64,000 nucleotides of DNA. Origin: an uncultured delta proteobacterium. GTDB taxonomy: Bacteria > Desulfobacterota > Binatia > UBA9968. The DNA lies in the NCBI GenBank assembly GCA_963755715.1, contig CAVWLW010000050.1, positions 137,207-201,206 on the forward strand, given 5' to 3'. The first letter of the stretch is position 1; each line of letters opens with the position of its first letter. Made by a program: the position numbers and the translations under genes. The notes under the pieces were generated by a model that saw only the letters and a program-made list of their open reading frames with translations, had not been told where the DNA came from and searched no databases. This document shows, piece by piece, positions 51,682 through 61,589 of the stretch.

Positions 51682-53004
51682 TTAGTGACCGGTAGAGCGC
51701 ATCTCGACGCCGATGGCGGCGCTTACTTGATTCTCCTGGTGGGGTCGGATCGTAAGAGAGGCGACGAACGTGACTGCGGCAACCACGAGCAGATACCAAG
51801 CGGGCGCGGCGAGATTGCCCGATGTCTTAATCATCCAAGTGACGACGAGCGGAGCTGTGCCACCGAAGAGAGCGAGCGTGATGTTGTAGCCAATCGCCAT
51901 GGCGCTGTACCGCAGACGGGCAGGAAATAGTTCCGCCATTGCGACGGGCATCGCTCCCTGGATGTGGCCGTTGATGAGAGCAAAGATTGCGAGCGAAACC
52001 GCTGTGCCCACTGTTGTACCGGAATCGATCCACCTAAAGAGCGGATAAACCAGAATGCCTGTCGCGAGCGCCCCGATCGCAAGAATGCTCTTGTACCCGA
52101 ACCGATCTGCGAGCAATCCCGCGATCGGCATCGTTGCAATCAGCAGGACCATGCAAAGCGTGTTGATGAGCAAGGCATGGGGCACCGGCGGCTTTACGAA
52201 ATGCGTAAGATACGTCGGCATCCAGACGAATAACGTATAAATACCGACTCCGAAAAGCAGCACGATGCCTGCAACTTGCAGTACACGGAGCGGCATCTCC
52301 CGCAGCGCCTCGAGCGCCGGGCGTTGTTCAATCTGTCCGGCGTCCTGCAACCGAACAAATTCCGGCGTCTCTTGCGTACCGCGGCGCATCTGCCATCCGA
52401 CGACGCCAACCAGTAGCCCGCCGAGGAACGGCAGACGCCAACCCCATGCGTGAAGCTGCTCCGTTGAAAGCACGTCCTGGAGTAGTGTCGCCACCGCCGA
52501 GCCGAGCAGCATCCCGCCGATGGTGCCGAACGTCGACCAGCTTCCGAAGAATCCCCGTCGACCAGAAGGCGCGGCTTCGACGAGATAGCAGCATGATCCG
52601 ATGAACTCTCCCCCGACTGAAATGCCTTGCGCAAGGCGCAGGATCACGAGGAGCACCGGAGCCAGAACGCCAACCGTCGCATGAGTGGGAACGAACGTGA
52701 TAAGCGTCGTCGGCACAGCCATTAGAAAGATGGAAAGCTGAAGCGCGCGCGTACGACCCAACCGATCTCCGATCTGGCCGAACAACACGCCCCCAATGGG
52801 ACGTGCAAGATAGCCGGCAGCGAAAACGCCGAACGTGTTGATAAGCGCCGACATCGGATCATCCGTCGGAAAGAACTGCGCGCCGATAAAAGGTGCGAAG
52901 TAGCCGAAAACGGCGAAGTCGTACCACTCGAGGAGATTGCCAATACTACCCGCAAACGATGTCCGAAACTTCAGCGCCTCCATTTGACCTTTCCGAGCGG
53001 CCAC
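51682..53004 (-). CDS. MFS transporter, metabolite:H+ symporter (ProP-like)
   Basis: GNLLEWYDF, RPIGG..GDRLGR, QGISVGGE. Confidence 0.93.
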   Translation of the reverse strand: MAARKGQMEALKFRTSFAGSIGNLLEWYDFAVFGYFAPFIGAQFFPTDDPMSALINTFGVFAAGYLARPIGGVLFGQIGDRLGRTRALQLSIFLMAVPTTLITFVPTHATVGVLAPVLLVILRLAQGISVGGEFIGSCCYLVEAAPSGRRGFFGSWSTFGTIGGMLLGSAVATLLQDVLSTEQLHAWGWRLPFLGGLLVGVVGWQMRRGTQETPEFVRLQDAGQIEQRPALEALREMPLRVLQVAGIVLLFGVGIYTLFVWMPTYLTHFVKPPVPHALLINTLCMVLLIATMPIAGLLADRFGYKSILAIGALATGILVYPLFRWIDSGTTVGTAVSLAIFALINGHIQGAMPVAMAELFPARLRYSAMAIGYNITLALFGGTAPLVVTWMIKTSGNLAAPAWYLLVVAAVTFVASLTIRPHQENQVSAAIGVEMRSTGH

Positions 53005-53027
53005 GACGATGGCCGATCTTCCCTGCC

Positions 53028-53117
53028 GTCTAATCGCTCGCGTTCACCGCACGGCGGTGAACGACTCTGATTCGCAATTAAACGTTGCCGCCGCTCTTAT
53101 GCAGCCTGTTGTTAGGC
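53028..53117 (-). repeat. attC site (R' reads ATT)
   Basis: gtctaat...gttaggc. Confidence 0.7.
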
Positions 53118-53165
53118 GGGGATTATTTCCAGAATTGCCACCATGTTTTCGGCTGCGGCTGGCTT

Positions 53166-53460
53166 TCAAACTCTGCATCGCATCTTGCGCAACCTGAACT
53201 CCACCGCATAACCCATAAATTGTTGCGGTGGGTTCAGCACACGACCGCCGAACACGTTGTCGCATAGCACCCAGTGACGGTAACCCAAACAGATTCGGGT
53301 GAGCGATCGGCCACTCGTCATGATTTGTTCCTTGCACGAAGATTTCCTTTCGGATTCTTCCACGTCCGTAGCTCACTCGTGCACCGCACATTGGACATGT
53401 GTCACCATCCATATTGCGTCCCGTGCCTCCGCACATATGGCAAATCTTATCGGGATGCAT
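53166..53460 (-). CDS. Small CxxCxGxG zinc-finger protein(s), frame uncertain
   Basis: CHMCGGTG...CPMCG. Confidence 0.5.
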
Positions 53461-53477
53461 CGTGTATCCTCGTGAAG

Positions 53478-53571
53478 TCTAAACATTACGGCTGAGCGGC
53501 GATCCCTATTACGAGCGGGCGTGGTCCCGCCCGCGCGTTATAGGGTCGTCCGATTCAGCGCTTTGTTAGGC
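53478..53571 (-). repeat. attC site
   Basis: tctaaac...gttaggc with long internal stem. Confidence 0.78.
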
Positions 53572-53655
53572 GGCCCGGGACCCTCCCTACACGCGCCGAG
53601 CAGCGTCCGGAGCGTCTTCCGCTCGACCTAGCTCGCCGCGCTTCATTGGACTCGG

Positions 53656-54018
53656 CTAGGCGGGCTGAAATAGCTCCACGACGTTTCCGCATGGGTCCTC
53701 CACTAAGATCTGCTGCCCGCCAGGGCCCGATAAGATCTCGTTGCGGAATCGTACGCCCGCCGTCTTCAGTTTCGCGACCATAGCGGCCAGATCGTGAGTT
53801 TCCACCACGAACCGATTCCAGCCCCCCGGCTCAGGCTTGCGCCCGTCCGGCATCGGCCGCGAAGCCGAAGCATGGGGCCCAGCAAGCCAGAGCGTTAGAT
53901 CGCCACGCGTCAGAATCGCCATGGCGGGGAATTGCTGCTTGACCGTGAAACCGAGGTGAGTGCTATAGAAGTCGACAGCCTTCTGCACGTCGGTCACGAG
54001 ATATCGCACATATGTCAT
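53656..54018 (-). CDS. VOC family protein
   Basis: VRYLVTDV..PGGWNR..GPGGQQILVEDP. Confidence 0.92.
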   Translation of the reverse strand: MTYVRYLVTDVQKAVDFYSTHLGFTVKQQFPAMAILTRGDLTLWLAGPHASASRPMPDGRKPEPGGWNRFVVETHDLAAMVAKLKTAGVRFRNEILSGPGGQQILVEDPCGNVVELFQPA

Positions 54019-54198
54019 TGTTCACCTCTCTAGCGGAGCTTCTTGCCAGTTCGGATAGCGAGAGACGGCCAGCCGATGCCTAGCCTCACAGATACCATCT
54101 CATTGAATACGACCATTGGCGCGATTCAGAGCGCACATACTACGGCCTGCATTCTAGGGCACGGCGACAGCGCACGAGAACACCAGAGGTGGGGGTCC

Positions 54199-54290
54199 GC
54201 CGAACGTCGAGCATCACCCGGCGCGCGCGACGGGCGAAGGGTCATCGACAAACCCAGCTGCGCGCGCTCGGGTGCATGCGATTGTTCGGC
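54199..54290 (-). repeat. attC site
   Basis: gccgaac...gttcggc. Confidence 0.88.
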
Positions 54291-54313
54291 GGCGGCCCCG
54301 TAGGAAACCCTCC

Positions 54314-54697
54314 TTAGACCCAGCGTTTTACCGCAGCAGCCGTATCGTTCGGCATTGTATTGAAGCAGATCTTCGCTTGGGGCGCGTGTTTATGCACAAC
54401 ATTGATGAGCTTCTCAAAGAGTAGGAAGTTGCTTGGGTTCGTTCGTACACCCGCACCGATCAGGATGCAGTCGAATTGCTCTTGCTCCAGGCGGTTTCGG
54501 ACCGCTTCCTCCGCTGTTTCGCCGAAGTCCGTCAAACACATCTGCACGCTGTAGCCGAGGCGAGTCAATTCGTCGTCGGACGCTTTGAGGCCGGCCAGTA
54601 CCTTCTCTGCATCCATACCCGGCGCGTACCCGGGCTGCGAGAAATCGATCAGCGTCGGATCCAAACCGATCACCAGGATACTCCTCTCACCTGCCAT
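54314..54697 (-). CDS. Conserved hypothetical protein
   Basis: LIGAGVR..FEKLIN..AKICFNT..AAVKRW. Confidence 0.8.
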   Translation of the reverse strand: MAGERSILVIGLDPTLIDFSQPGYAPGMDAEKVLAGLKASDDELTRLGYSVQMCLTDFGETAEEAVRNRLEQEQFDCILIGAGVRTNPSNFLLFEKLINVVHKHAPQAKICFNTMPNDTAAAVKRWV

Positions 54698-54769
54698 TGC
54701 TGCCTCCGGGGGGTGACCGCCTGCCTGAACGCAGGCACGCATTCCATTATGCTCCTAAACCCGCGAGCC

Positions 54770-54871
54770 GCCGAACGCAAGGCCGTTGAGCGGCCGTGGT
54801 GGCGCACGCGCGACGCTCGACCGCAAGTGAAGTATACCGCCGCCGCGGTCCGCTCCAGCGGCGGGTTATGT
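54770..54871 (-). repeat. attC site
   Basis: gccgaac...gttatgt. Confidence 0.88.
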
Positions 54872-54935
54872 CGCAGGCCGCGCGGCCGCGGAACGACTTC
54901 GATAGAAGGGCATGCACGCTTCGAAGATTGCAACT

Positions 54936-55421
54936 TCAACCGCGGCGCGCCGCCTCGATTGCAGCGATGTCGATCTTTTTCATCTCCATCATCGCATCGA
55001 ACGCGCGCTTGGCGGCGGCGGGGTCGGGATCGGTGACCGCTTTGGTCAGGGCGATCGGCGTAATCTGCCAGGACAAGCCCCATTTGTCCTTGCACCATCC
55101 GCACGCACTCTCTTCGCCGCCGTTGCCGACGATTGCGTTCCAGTAACGATCGGTTTCGGCCTGGTCAGCGGTTGCGACCTGAAACGAGAATGCTTCGTTG
55201 TGCTTGAACGCGGGTCCGCCATTGAGCCCGAGGCAGGGAATTCCCATCACCGTAAACTCGACCGTCAACACATCTCCTTTTTTCCCGGACGGAAAGTCTC
55301 CCGGCGCGAGGTGCACCGCGCCAACGGATGAATCGGGAAAGGTCTTGGCATAAAATCGCGCCGCGTCTTCGGCGTCGCCATCGTACCAAAGACAAATCGT
55401 ATTCTTTGCTTGCTTATCCAT
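54936..55421 (-). CDS. VOC family, PhnB/3-demethylubiquinone-9 methyltransferase-like
   Basis: CLWYD..AARFY, LNGGP, CGWCKDKWGLSWQI. Confidence 0.92.
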   Translation of the reverse strand: MDKQAKNTICLWYDGDAEDAARFYAKTFPDSSVGAVHLAPGDFPSGKKGDVLTVEFTVMGIPCLGLNGGPAFKHNEAFSFQVATADQAETDRYWNAIVGNGGEESACGWCKDKWGLSWQITPIALTKAVTDPDPAAAKRAFDAMMEMKKIDIAAIEAARRG

Positions 55422-55619
55422 GTCACTCTCCATTGTGATTGAGCCGCCCGACACCGCAGTAAAACATTTTCATTATTGCGAACATTGCGAACAATGAATT
55501 TAAGACCGGTTTCTTTGAAGCGTAGCATGAATGCAGGCAGGCCTTGGTATGTCGTCTCCATAGCCGAGAAATTGAGCGGATCGAGCCCATTTCGCTGAAT
55601 CGCTTAAGCATTGCTAGCT

Positions 55620-55731
55620 GCCTAACGGCCAAGCGTTAACCCGCGCTGAGCGAGCGTTTTTTTGCGAGCGAGGGCACCGCTTTGGACGCGACAGCGACCA
55701 CAGCGGCGGCGGGTTCAACGCGGTGTTAGGC
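55620..55731 (-). repeat. attC site
   Basis: gcctaac...gttaggc. Confidence 0.9.
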
Positions 55732-55746
55732 CGCAAACGCGACACG

Positions 55747-57057
55747 CTAGAACCTTTTGTTGATCCAATCTCGCGCGTAATCGTAGAAGTTCTTTACCGT
55801 ATTCGAATACTGGCCCGGAGAAGATTCGCACGGGACGCAGGGTCTTTGACCGTGCTCGGCTCCTTCAACGACCACGAAATCCTTATCCTCGCTCGCCGCA
55901 ACCTCATAGTGAATCTCGTTGTCGCGTATGAAAGGGGCGGCCCCCATCGCGGCGATCAGCAGGGGCACGCGGATGTTCGTCAGGTGACAGGGAGGAGAAT
56001 TGTTGCTGGAGCAGTAGTCGATTCCCTCCATGGAATCAGTAGCCCGAATGGCGTTGGCGCTGAGAAAAGATCTGACGGTTAGGAAAGGCGTTCCGCTTTC
56101 GAAGGTGGCGTTTTGAGAGGCGTTCTCGGGACTGGCCATCTGCACACTTTCCACAACTCGAGTCACAATTGTTCCATCATTCTTCAGTAACTTTTGTGGC
56201 TTAATTGTCGCGTGGTGGATCCCGAGATCCAAGGCTCCCAATAGCGCTCCTGCTCCCCTGGGAATGATAAAGGCGTCATCATCTGGGTACGCATACTTGC
56301 CTTGCTTCATGCGACTCTGCTTGTCCAGCGCCAAATCGATCAAGCGGTTCATTCGATCCGCCTGTGCCTTGAAATATCGCTTCTTAAATTCTTCGGAAAA
56401 GGAGGATGGCCCGGTCGGATTGTAACCGTTGCGGGAGTGGAACGGATCGAGTGTGGGATCCAGTTGATCTGGCCGGCTTTCGTTAGTGATTGCAGGGTTG
56501 AGGCTTCTAACTCTGTTCACGGGATTTCCCGGATGCGAATCGACCAGAATAAGACCATCGGCACGTGACAGTCCGACAAGCTCGTTCCCGCACTGAACAA
56601 GTTTCTTAAGTCCCTGACATGCAGATGGGCCATTTTCGGCAACGCTTTGATACAAGGTCATCGTCGCCCCGCCGCCACTCCAGCCCCACAAGATGATCTT
56701 CGTGATGCCCGGCTGTTTTTTGAGAAATTCCATGCCCGCCTTGACATCCAGCGGCATGGTTTCAAAGCGGACCAATGCCTCGTTGTTATCTGATCTGGGG
56801 TTCATGCACAGAACAGAAAATCCCCTCTTCGACAGTTCGGTGCAGGCGAGCGTGCCCATGTAGTTAGCTGTGCGGTGCATGACGAGAATGCCAACATGGG
56901 TTGCTGGCTGGGAAGCGTCGGGCATGTAGAACGCCCCCTTCACCGATGGCGGCAATCCCGGGAATCGAACGTACCGCGGGTCGCTCTGCGCAAACACAGA
57001 GCTAGCGAGGAAAATCAGACTCGCTAGCGTGATTGATACGAGTGTTTTCGAATTCAT
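55747..57057 (-). CDS. Secreted alpha/beta hydrolase-fold protein
   Basis: Signal peptide, GWSGG nucleophile elbow, VEGAEH. Confidence 0.8.
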   Translation of the reverse strand: MNSKTLVSITLASLIFLASSVFAQSDPRYVRFPGLPPSVKGAFYMPDASQPATHVGILVMHRTANYMGTLACTELSKRGFSVLCMNPRSDNNEALVRFETMPLDVKAGMEFLKKQPGITKIILWGWSGGGATMTLYQSVAENGPSACQGLKKLVQCGNELVGLSRADGLILVDSHPGNPVNRVRSLNPAITNESRPDQLDPTLDPFHSRNGYNPTGPSSFSEEFKKRYFKAQADRMNRLIDLALDKQSRMKQGKYAYPDDDAFIIPRGAGALLGALDLGIHHATIKPQKLLKNDGTIVTRVVESVQMASPENASQNATFESGTPFLTVRSFLSANAIRATDSMEGIDYCSSNNSPPCHLTNIRVPLLIAAMGAAPFIRDNEIHYEVAASEDKDFVVVEGAEHGQRPCVPCESSPGQYSNTVKNFYDYARDWINKRF

Positions 57058-57076
57058 CCTGATCCTCCCCCGGGCT

Positions 57077-57136
57077 GCCTAACGTTATGGGTGAGAGGCG
57101 CGGTCTGCCGCGTCCTTTTCAACCCAATGGTTAGCC
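57077..57136 (-). repeat. attC site
   Basis: gcctaac...gttagcc. Confidence 0.85.
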
Positions 57137-57280
57137 GTATGGCACCACTTAGGTCGTGCCATCTAGGGTTTCATAGTCTGGCCGCCATCCTCAGGGTCCC
57201 CGCCCAAACTAGCAGCGAGTAGCGCTTTTCCCTACGCAGTTAACGTGTGGGAAAACCAGCACAGTGATTACCAATCAGGT

Positions 57281-57715
57281 TCATCGTGTTGTTCTAGCCC
57301 CCTGAGAGTTTTTTTCGAAGCGGTCTACATTCTGCGGAAAAACCATCCAGTGCTGGGCCGAACGTGTCCAGACGTGCCTATCTATCTTGATCCAGTTGGG
57401 ATCGTCGAAAGTGCCCCCCGTGACAATGCGGACGCCTGGAAACTTCTCGAGACTCAACATAACAGTTGTTGCGCACCGGTTGCAGAAGTGCAACCGCAAC
57501 CAAAGATTGCTTTCATCGGAGCGCTGTTCGTATGTAGTAAGCCCATCGCCCGCTGACTCGATATTCTGCTCATCGAAGAAAGCATGAATGCTCAACGCAC
57601 CACCGGTACGCCGTTGACAAAAGGTGCAATAACACGCTGACACTCGTAGTGGCGTTCCATTAACGCGGTACCGTATCGCCCTACAAACACAGCCACCCTC
57701 ATGGATTTCGGATAT
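57281..57715 (-). CDS. GFA (glutathione-dependent formaldehyde-activating) family, ATA at start position
   Basis: HEGGCVC..CYCTFCQR..FCNRC; aaggagg 8 nt upstream of ATA. Confidence 0.82.
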   Translation of the reverse strand: MSEIHEGGCVCRAIRYRVNGTPLRVSACYCTFCQRRTGGALSIHAFFDEQNIESAGDGLTTYEQRSDESNLWLRLHFCNRCATTVMLSLEKFPGVRIVTGGTFDDPNWIKIDRHVWTRSAQHWMVFPQNVDRFEKNSQGARTTR

Positions 57716-57751
57716 TGAGAAACCCTCCTTTTCTATGACTCTTCTGCCGGC

Positions 57752-57843
57752 TGCTAACGCTGGGCATAACCGGGCGCGCGCACTTTATTCAGGGAACGAT
57801 AAGAAACTGCGCTCGCGCGCTCCGGTTGATGCCCTTGTTAGAT
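57752..57843 (-). repeat. attC site
   Basis: tgctaac...gttagat. Confidence 0.9.
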
Positions 57844-57851
57844 GCCGTCGA

Positions 57852-58238
57852 TCACGCCCCAGGCTCGACCCACTGAGCGCGCCAAGCAGGAGCGTCGAAG
57901 GGATCGGCGAAGTATTGAGTCTCGTGCGACACCTTTCCATCCCGGAACTCCATGATACTCACGGTGTAGGCGCGCTTGCCCTCGTAGGTAATCACATACT
58001 CGGTAACCCAGAGATTGCCCTCTCCTACGATCCGCAGGACCACAAAACCTGATGGTCTACCAGGGTGATGGCTACGAAGCGCTTGCAGGTTACGCCGACC
58101 GCGGATGACCTCGCCTGACTGTGGGTACTCGCACACAGTATCATCGTGATAGATTTCATGCTCGGCAACTTGATCACCCGCAGCGGATGCAGCCCAATGT
58201 CGATCAATGGCCATCCGAATATTCTGTTCTTCCATCAT
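57852..58238 (-). CDS. NTF2/SnoaL-like protein
   Basis: YPQSGEVIRG..ETQYFADPFDAPAWR. Confidence 0.9.
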   Translation of the reverse strand: MMEEQNIRMAIDRHWAASAAGDQVAEHEIYHDDTVCEYPQSGEVIRGRRNLQALRSHHPGRPSGFVVLRIVGEGNLWVTEYVITYEGKRAYTVSIMEFRDGKVSHETQYFADPFDAPAWRAQWVEPGA

Positions 58239-58286
58239 CGGCCTCCATTTGAGTCCGCGTGCTTACGACACCAACGCTTAGTAGGC

Positions 58287-58374
58287 ATCTAACGCTCGGC
58301 GTCATGCGCGGCTGGAAGCGGGAGCGAGGCACGAGCGGACGCTGGCAGCCGTCGCTGGCTCGCCGTGGTTAGGC
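58287..58374 (-). repeat. attC site
   Basis: atctaac...gttaggc. Confidence 0.88.
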
Positions 58375-58493
58375 CCTTACGCCGCTGCGCAGCCGTTCAA
58401 CGGGAAGGAACTGCTCAGCGTTTCCGGGTTGCCTCTGATCCCGTCTTGGGAGGAGTTCCTTGGAAGGCGCATGTCCTCACCCAATCTCGTCCA

Positions 58494-59459
58494 CTACTTC
58501 TCCAATGAGAAGCCGGTCAGATAGTCAACGATAGCCTGCGCTATGAAGGTATGTCCCTTGATCGTAGGGTGCCACACATCGTAGGCGTATTCCGCCGCGT
58601 CTCGCCCCCGAAAGCTGGCGTAAAGATCAAGAAACGCTAAATCATTCTCCTCGCAGAGGCCCCTGATGAAAGCGTGGAGATCCTGCCAGGGGTAGGGCTC
58701 GTCCAGCTTGAACTGAAACACCGGACTGAGGACCACAAGGATTGGCACCTGCCGATCGCGGCTGATCTGGCCTAAGTGGCGAAACTGGGTGATAGTTTGG
58801 TCTCGATATCGGGCATGGATGAGGTGATGGTACTCACGTGGGTAGCCATGCAGTCGGTCCAGTATGTTCGTCAGTGCGCGTTTTCCCAGGTCGACCAGCG
58901 CGCTTGTGGCGGCGTAGTACTGGACAAGTCCTCCATCTCTTGTGTCCGGATCGTTTAAAACATAGCTGATGATAACCAGGCTTGGCTGTAACGCCAGGCC
59001 ATGCGTCTCAAGCAGCCTGATCTCCTGTGCTGTTGAGTATCCATCCACCGAAAGGTTATAGACGATGGAAGATGCGCGAGGCTTCAGCCTTCGCTCGTGA
59101 AGCTGGCTCTCGAGCACTTGGGGGAATGCCGCAGCCATTGGCACTCCCCATCCCCAGGCCACCGAATCACCCAGCACCACAATCCGGTAGACCTCGTCGG
59201 GAAGCGTTTCGGGGAATTCGTCGTCTCGAAAACCGGCAGAGTTAATCGCTATTGCGACACCCTCCCGTACAGTCTTCGCGCCCGGGACCAACTCGTAAAT
59301 CAGCATGGGATCACGAGATTTCTTGTGGAGTTTCACGGAACCACCGACGAGCGGATCGGCCATTGTTGGAACGCGATAGTATCGAAGACCAGCCTCTGCG
59401 AGCACCAACACCACGAAAGTGGGAAGCAATCCCATCATAAATAGACTCGCTCGTCGCAT
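58494..59459 (-). CDS. SGNH/GDSL hydrolase, membrane anchored
   Basis: LGDSVAWG, ND, DVWHP. Confidence 0.9.
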   Translation of the reverse strand: MRRASLFMMGLLPTFVVLVLAEAGLRYYRVPTMADPLVGGSVKLHKKSRDPMLIYELVPGAKTVREGVAIAINSAGFRDDEFPETLPDEVYRIVVLGDSVAWGWGVPMAAAFPQVLESQLHERRLKPRASSIVYNLSVDGYSTAQEIRLLETHGLALQPSLVIISYVLNDPDTRDGGLVQYYAATSALVDLGKRALTNILDRLHGYPREYHHLIHARYRDQTITQFRHLGQISRDRQVPILVVLSPVFQFKLDEPYPWQDLHAFIRGLCEENDLAFLDLYASFRGRDAAEYAYDVWHPTIKGHTFIAQAIVDYLTGFSLEK

Positions 59460-59491
59460 ATCTCGCAATTGATCCCGTGCTTATCTGTCTT

Positions 59492-59554
59492 GCCGAACGT
59501 TCTTGATCAGCCGCCGGTTGCTTGCAACCGGTCGGCCGCATCAAGTGGTTAGGG
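59492..59554 (-). repeat. attC site
   Basis: gccgaac...gttaggg. Confidence 0.85.
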
Positions 59555-59989
59555 GGCATTGTTTCGTTCCTCGCGCACTTTGACGTGTGCGCCTGGGGGA
59601 GCGTCACCACCGACGCACACGCGATGGCCGTCGGGGTCGCAAACCTCGAACTCCACGAGTCCGTACAACATCCGTTCTGGTCCGCGGAGAAGTTTCGCTT
59701 TCTTCTCAACCGCGCCAGCGACGTCGAGCACTGTTGCTCCGGAGATCCGTAGATAAATGGACCAAAGAAACTCTGGATCAGACTTGCGCTCGGAAGGATC
59801 TGCCGCTCGTGCTTCGTCCGCGCATTGGAGCATGATCTCCGCACCGTCTCGTCGCAGTATGGCGAACGAGTATGGAGGAGTCTTGGGAAACGTATCAGGC
59901 GTGAAGCCAAGAACATCGACGTACCATCGCAAGCTCGTCGCCACGTTGGCGACCTGCAGCACCGGAACCGCTCGTTGATATGCGTACAT
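59549..59989 (-). CDS. VOC family protein (bleomycin-resistance-like)
   Basis: VPVLQV..WYVDVLGF..YGLVEF..DPDGH. Confidence 0.88.
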   Translation of the reverse strand: MYAYQRAVPVLQVANVATSLRWYVDVLGFTPDTFPKTPPYSFAILRRDGAEIMLQCADEARAADPSERKSDPEFLWSIYLRISGATVLDVAGAVEKKAKLLRGPERMLYGLVEFEVCDPDGHRVCVGGDAPPGAHVKVREERNNAP

Positions 59990-60021
59990 TAGACCTCCGG
60001 GACCTCCGTGTGCTTCATGCA

Positions 60022-60106
60022 CCCTAACGAGTTGCCGCTGAGCCGCTAACAGAAATGGAATCATTCATCACTAAATCTCGCCGTCGGCTCAAGCGGCGGG
60101 TTATGT
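60022..60106 (-). repeat. attC site
   Basis: ccctaac...gttatgt; sister of the attC at 60470. Confidence 0.9.
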
Positions 60107-60457
60107 GCGGCGACGCTTCCTAGTAGGTACCACCCGAAGCCGGTACCCCCACTCCCCAAAGTGCTCATAGCTTTCCACGGAAATCTCTCGACTCTCTCCA
60201 GCCACCTCCATCGCCAGCACGCCGCGATTATGTTGTTCCAGACCAGTCGCACGTACAATGAAGCGAGTAATCCGACTCCCCTCCTCAGTGCTAACCACCG
60301 TGCCGAGTCCAGTGTTACCCACAATCCAACACACCTCTAAGCCCTCTGGTACCGGCTCCAGCGACACCGAATCAGCATCCCCAGCCAGCGCGCGCTCCAC
60401 GATATCTTGAAGGGCTGCCGGCGGCCGAACTGGAGTGTGAGTGCTTCGCGAACTCAT
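60101..60457 (-). CDS. Hypothetical protein resembling the GspE/PilB N2 domain
   Basis: IVERAL..DADSVSLEP..LEV..; stop in attC. Confidence 0.65.
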   Translation of the reverse strand: MSSRSTHTPVRPPAALQDIVERALAGDADSVSLEPVPEGLEVCWIVGNTGLGTVVSTEEGSRITRFIVRATGLEQHNRGVLAMEVAGESREISVESYEHFGEWGYRLRVVPTRKRRRT

Positions 60458-60469
60458 GACATCTACAGC

Positions 60470-60554
60470 GCATAACGCGATGCCGCTGAGCCGCTAATAG
60501 ATAGAGAAATTATTTACCATCGAATCTCGCGTCGGCTCAAGCGGCGGGTTAGGC
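60470..60554 (-). repeat. attC site
   Basis: gcataac...gttaggc, L'' GCTTGAGC / L' GCTCAGC. Confidence 0.92.
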
Positions 60555-60666
60555 CAATCCTTTACCCGTGACTCGCTCAGCTGACTCAGCAAGATGCAAG
60601 ATCTTAGTGATTTAACTCCCGTAGGTTCAGGAGCTAACGCCGAGAGGTCGCGATCAGGGCAGATCC

Positions 60667-61344
60667 TTACTTCTCTGCGAAGCAGTAGAATCGGCCCGCA
60701 CCTCCGCCGGGAGCGGTATCGGCGCAGCTTCGACTCTCATGCGCCGAGTTCCACGAACCGGAGGCTCCCGCGGTATTGCCACCAAGTCCGATCCCGTCAA
60801 CGTGACCCACTTGCGCCTGCATGTCGGGAGATTCTGACGTCCAGTCGTTGCAGGTTTTCCCTGGCACGACTCTACCTTCGGCTGTCGAGCCAGTCAGAAT
60901 GTCGTGTTCGTTGGGTTTCGGCGACCCAGGCCAAGCACCCGGAACCGGTTGCCCCCGTTCGTCGACAAACAAGATCGGGTTTCCTTTACGCTCGTGGAGG
61001 TCGATGAGATCTTTACCGACCATGAGTCCGTTAGCATTGAACCAAGGGCCGTTGCCGATTCGATCGCGCGCATTGGTGGGCTTATTGTTGTTCGCAGGAT
61101 CGCGCTCCACACTCAAGTATGCGCGCCACGTCTTATCCCCTTGCCCCACGGCGGTCGCCAAAGTTTGGCAAATCCGATCCGCACCCGCCAAGCCGCCCAG
61201 GTTGCCGGTTTTACTCTTGGCGCTCGTAACAAAAAAACCCATGCTCGGGGGTGGCGCGCCGGCGGTGTAAACAATTCGGTCCATACCGCCGGCAGCAACA
61301 ACCGCCAGCGTCGCGATTGCAAGTAGTGCCTTGTAAAATTTCAT
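60667..61344 (-). CDS. Secreted endostatin/lectin-like protein
   Basis: FFVTS..GNLGGLAGADRICQ..WRAYLS..NARDRIG..FYCFA. Confidence 0.82.
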   Translation of the reverse strand: MKFYKALLAIATLAVVAAGGMDRIVYTAGAPPPSMGFFVTSAKSKTGNLGGLAGADRICQTLATAVGQGDKTWRAYLSVERDPANNNKPTNARDRIGNGPWFNANGLMVGKDLIDLHERKGNPILFVDERGQPVPGAWPGSPKPNEHDILTGSTAEGRVVPGKTCNDWTSESPDMQAQVGHVDGIGLGGNTAGASGSWNSAHESRSCADTAPGGGAGRFYCFAEK

Positions 61345-61589
61345 AAGATTTCCTCTTTAAGCTTTAGGTTTGGTTCTAAGTTTCATGCCTGCAAAGGCGC
61401 CGAATCTGGCGCTCGCCGCAGAGCTGGGCCGTTTGCTCTGTGAAAGCACGGGAGCAAGGTGCGCAGGCGCACCTGCACCTGGTAGCCTACGACGCGAAGC
61501 CGCATTTCTCACCTCTCTATGTGGTTTCTTCTCAATGCGTTGAGAGGTGAGAATTTTGCCTCCTTACCCGGTCAGATTACAATCCCCAG

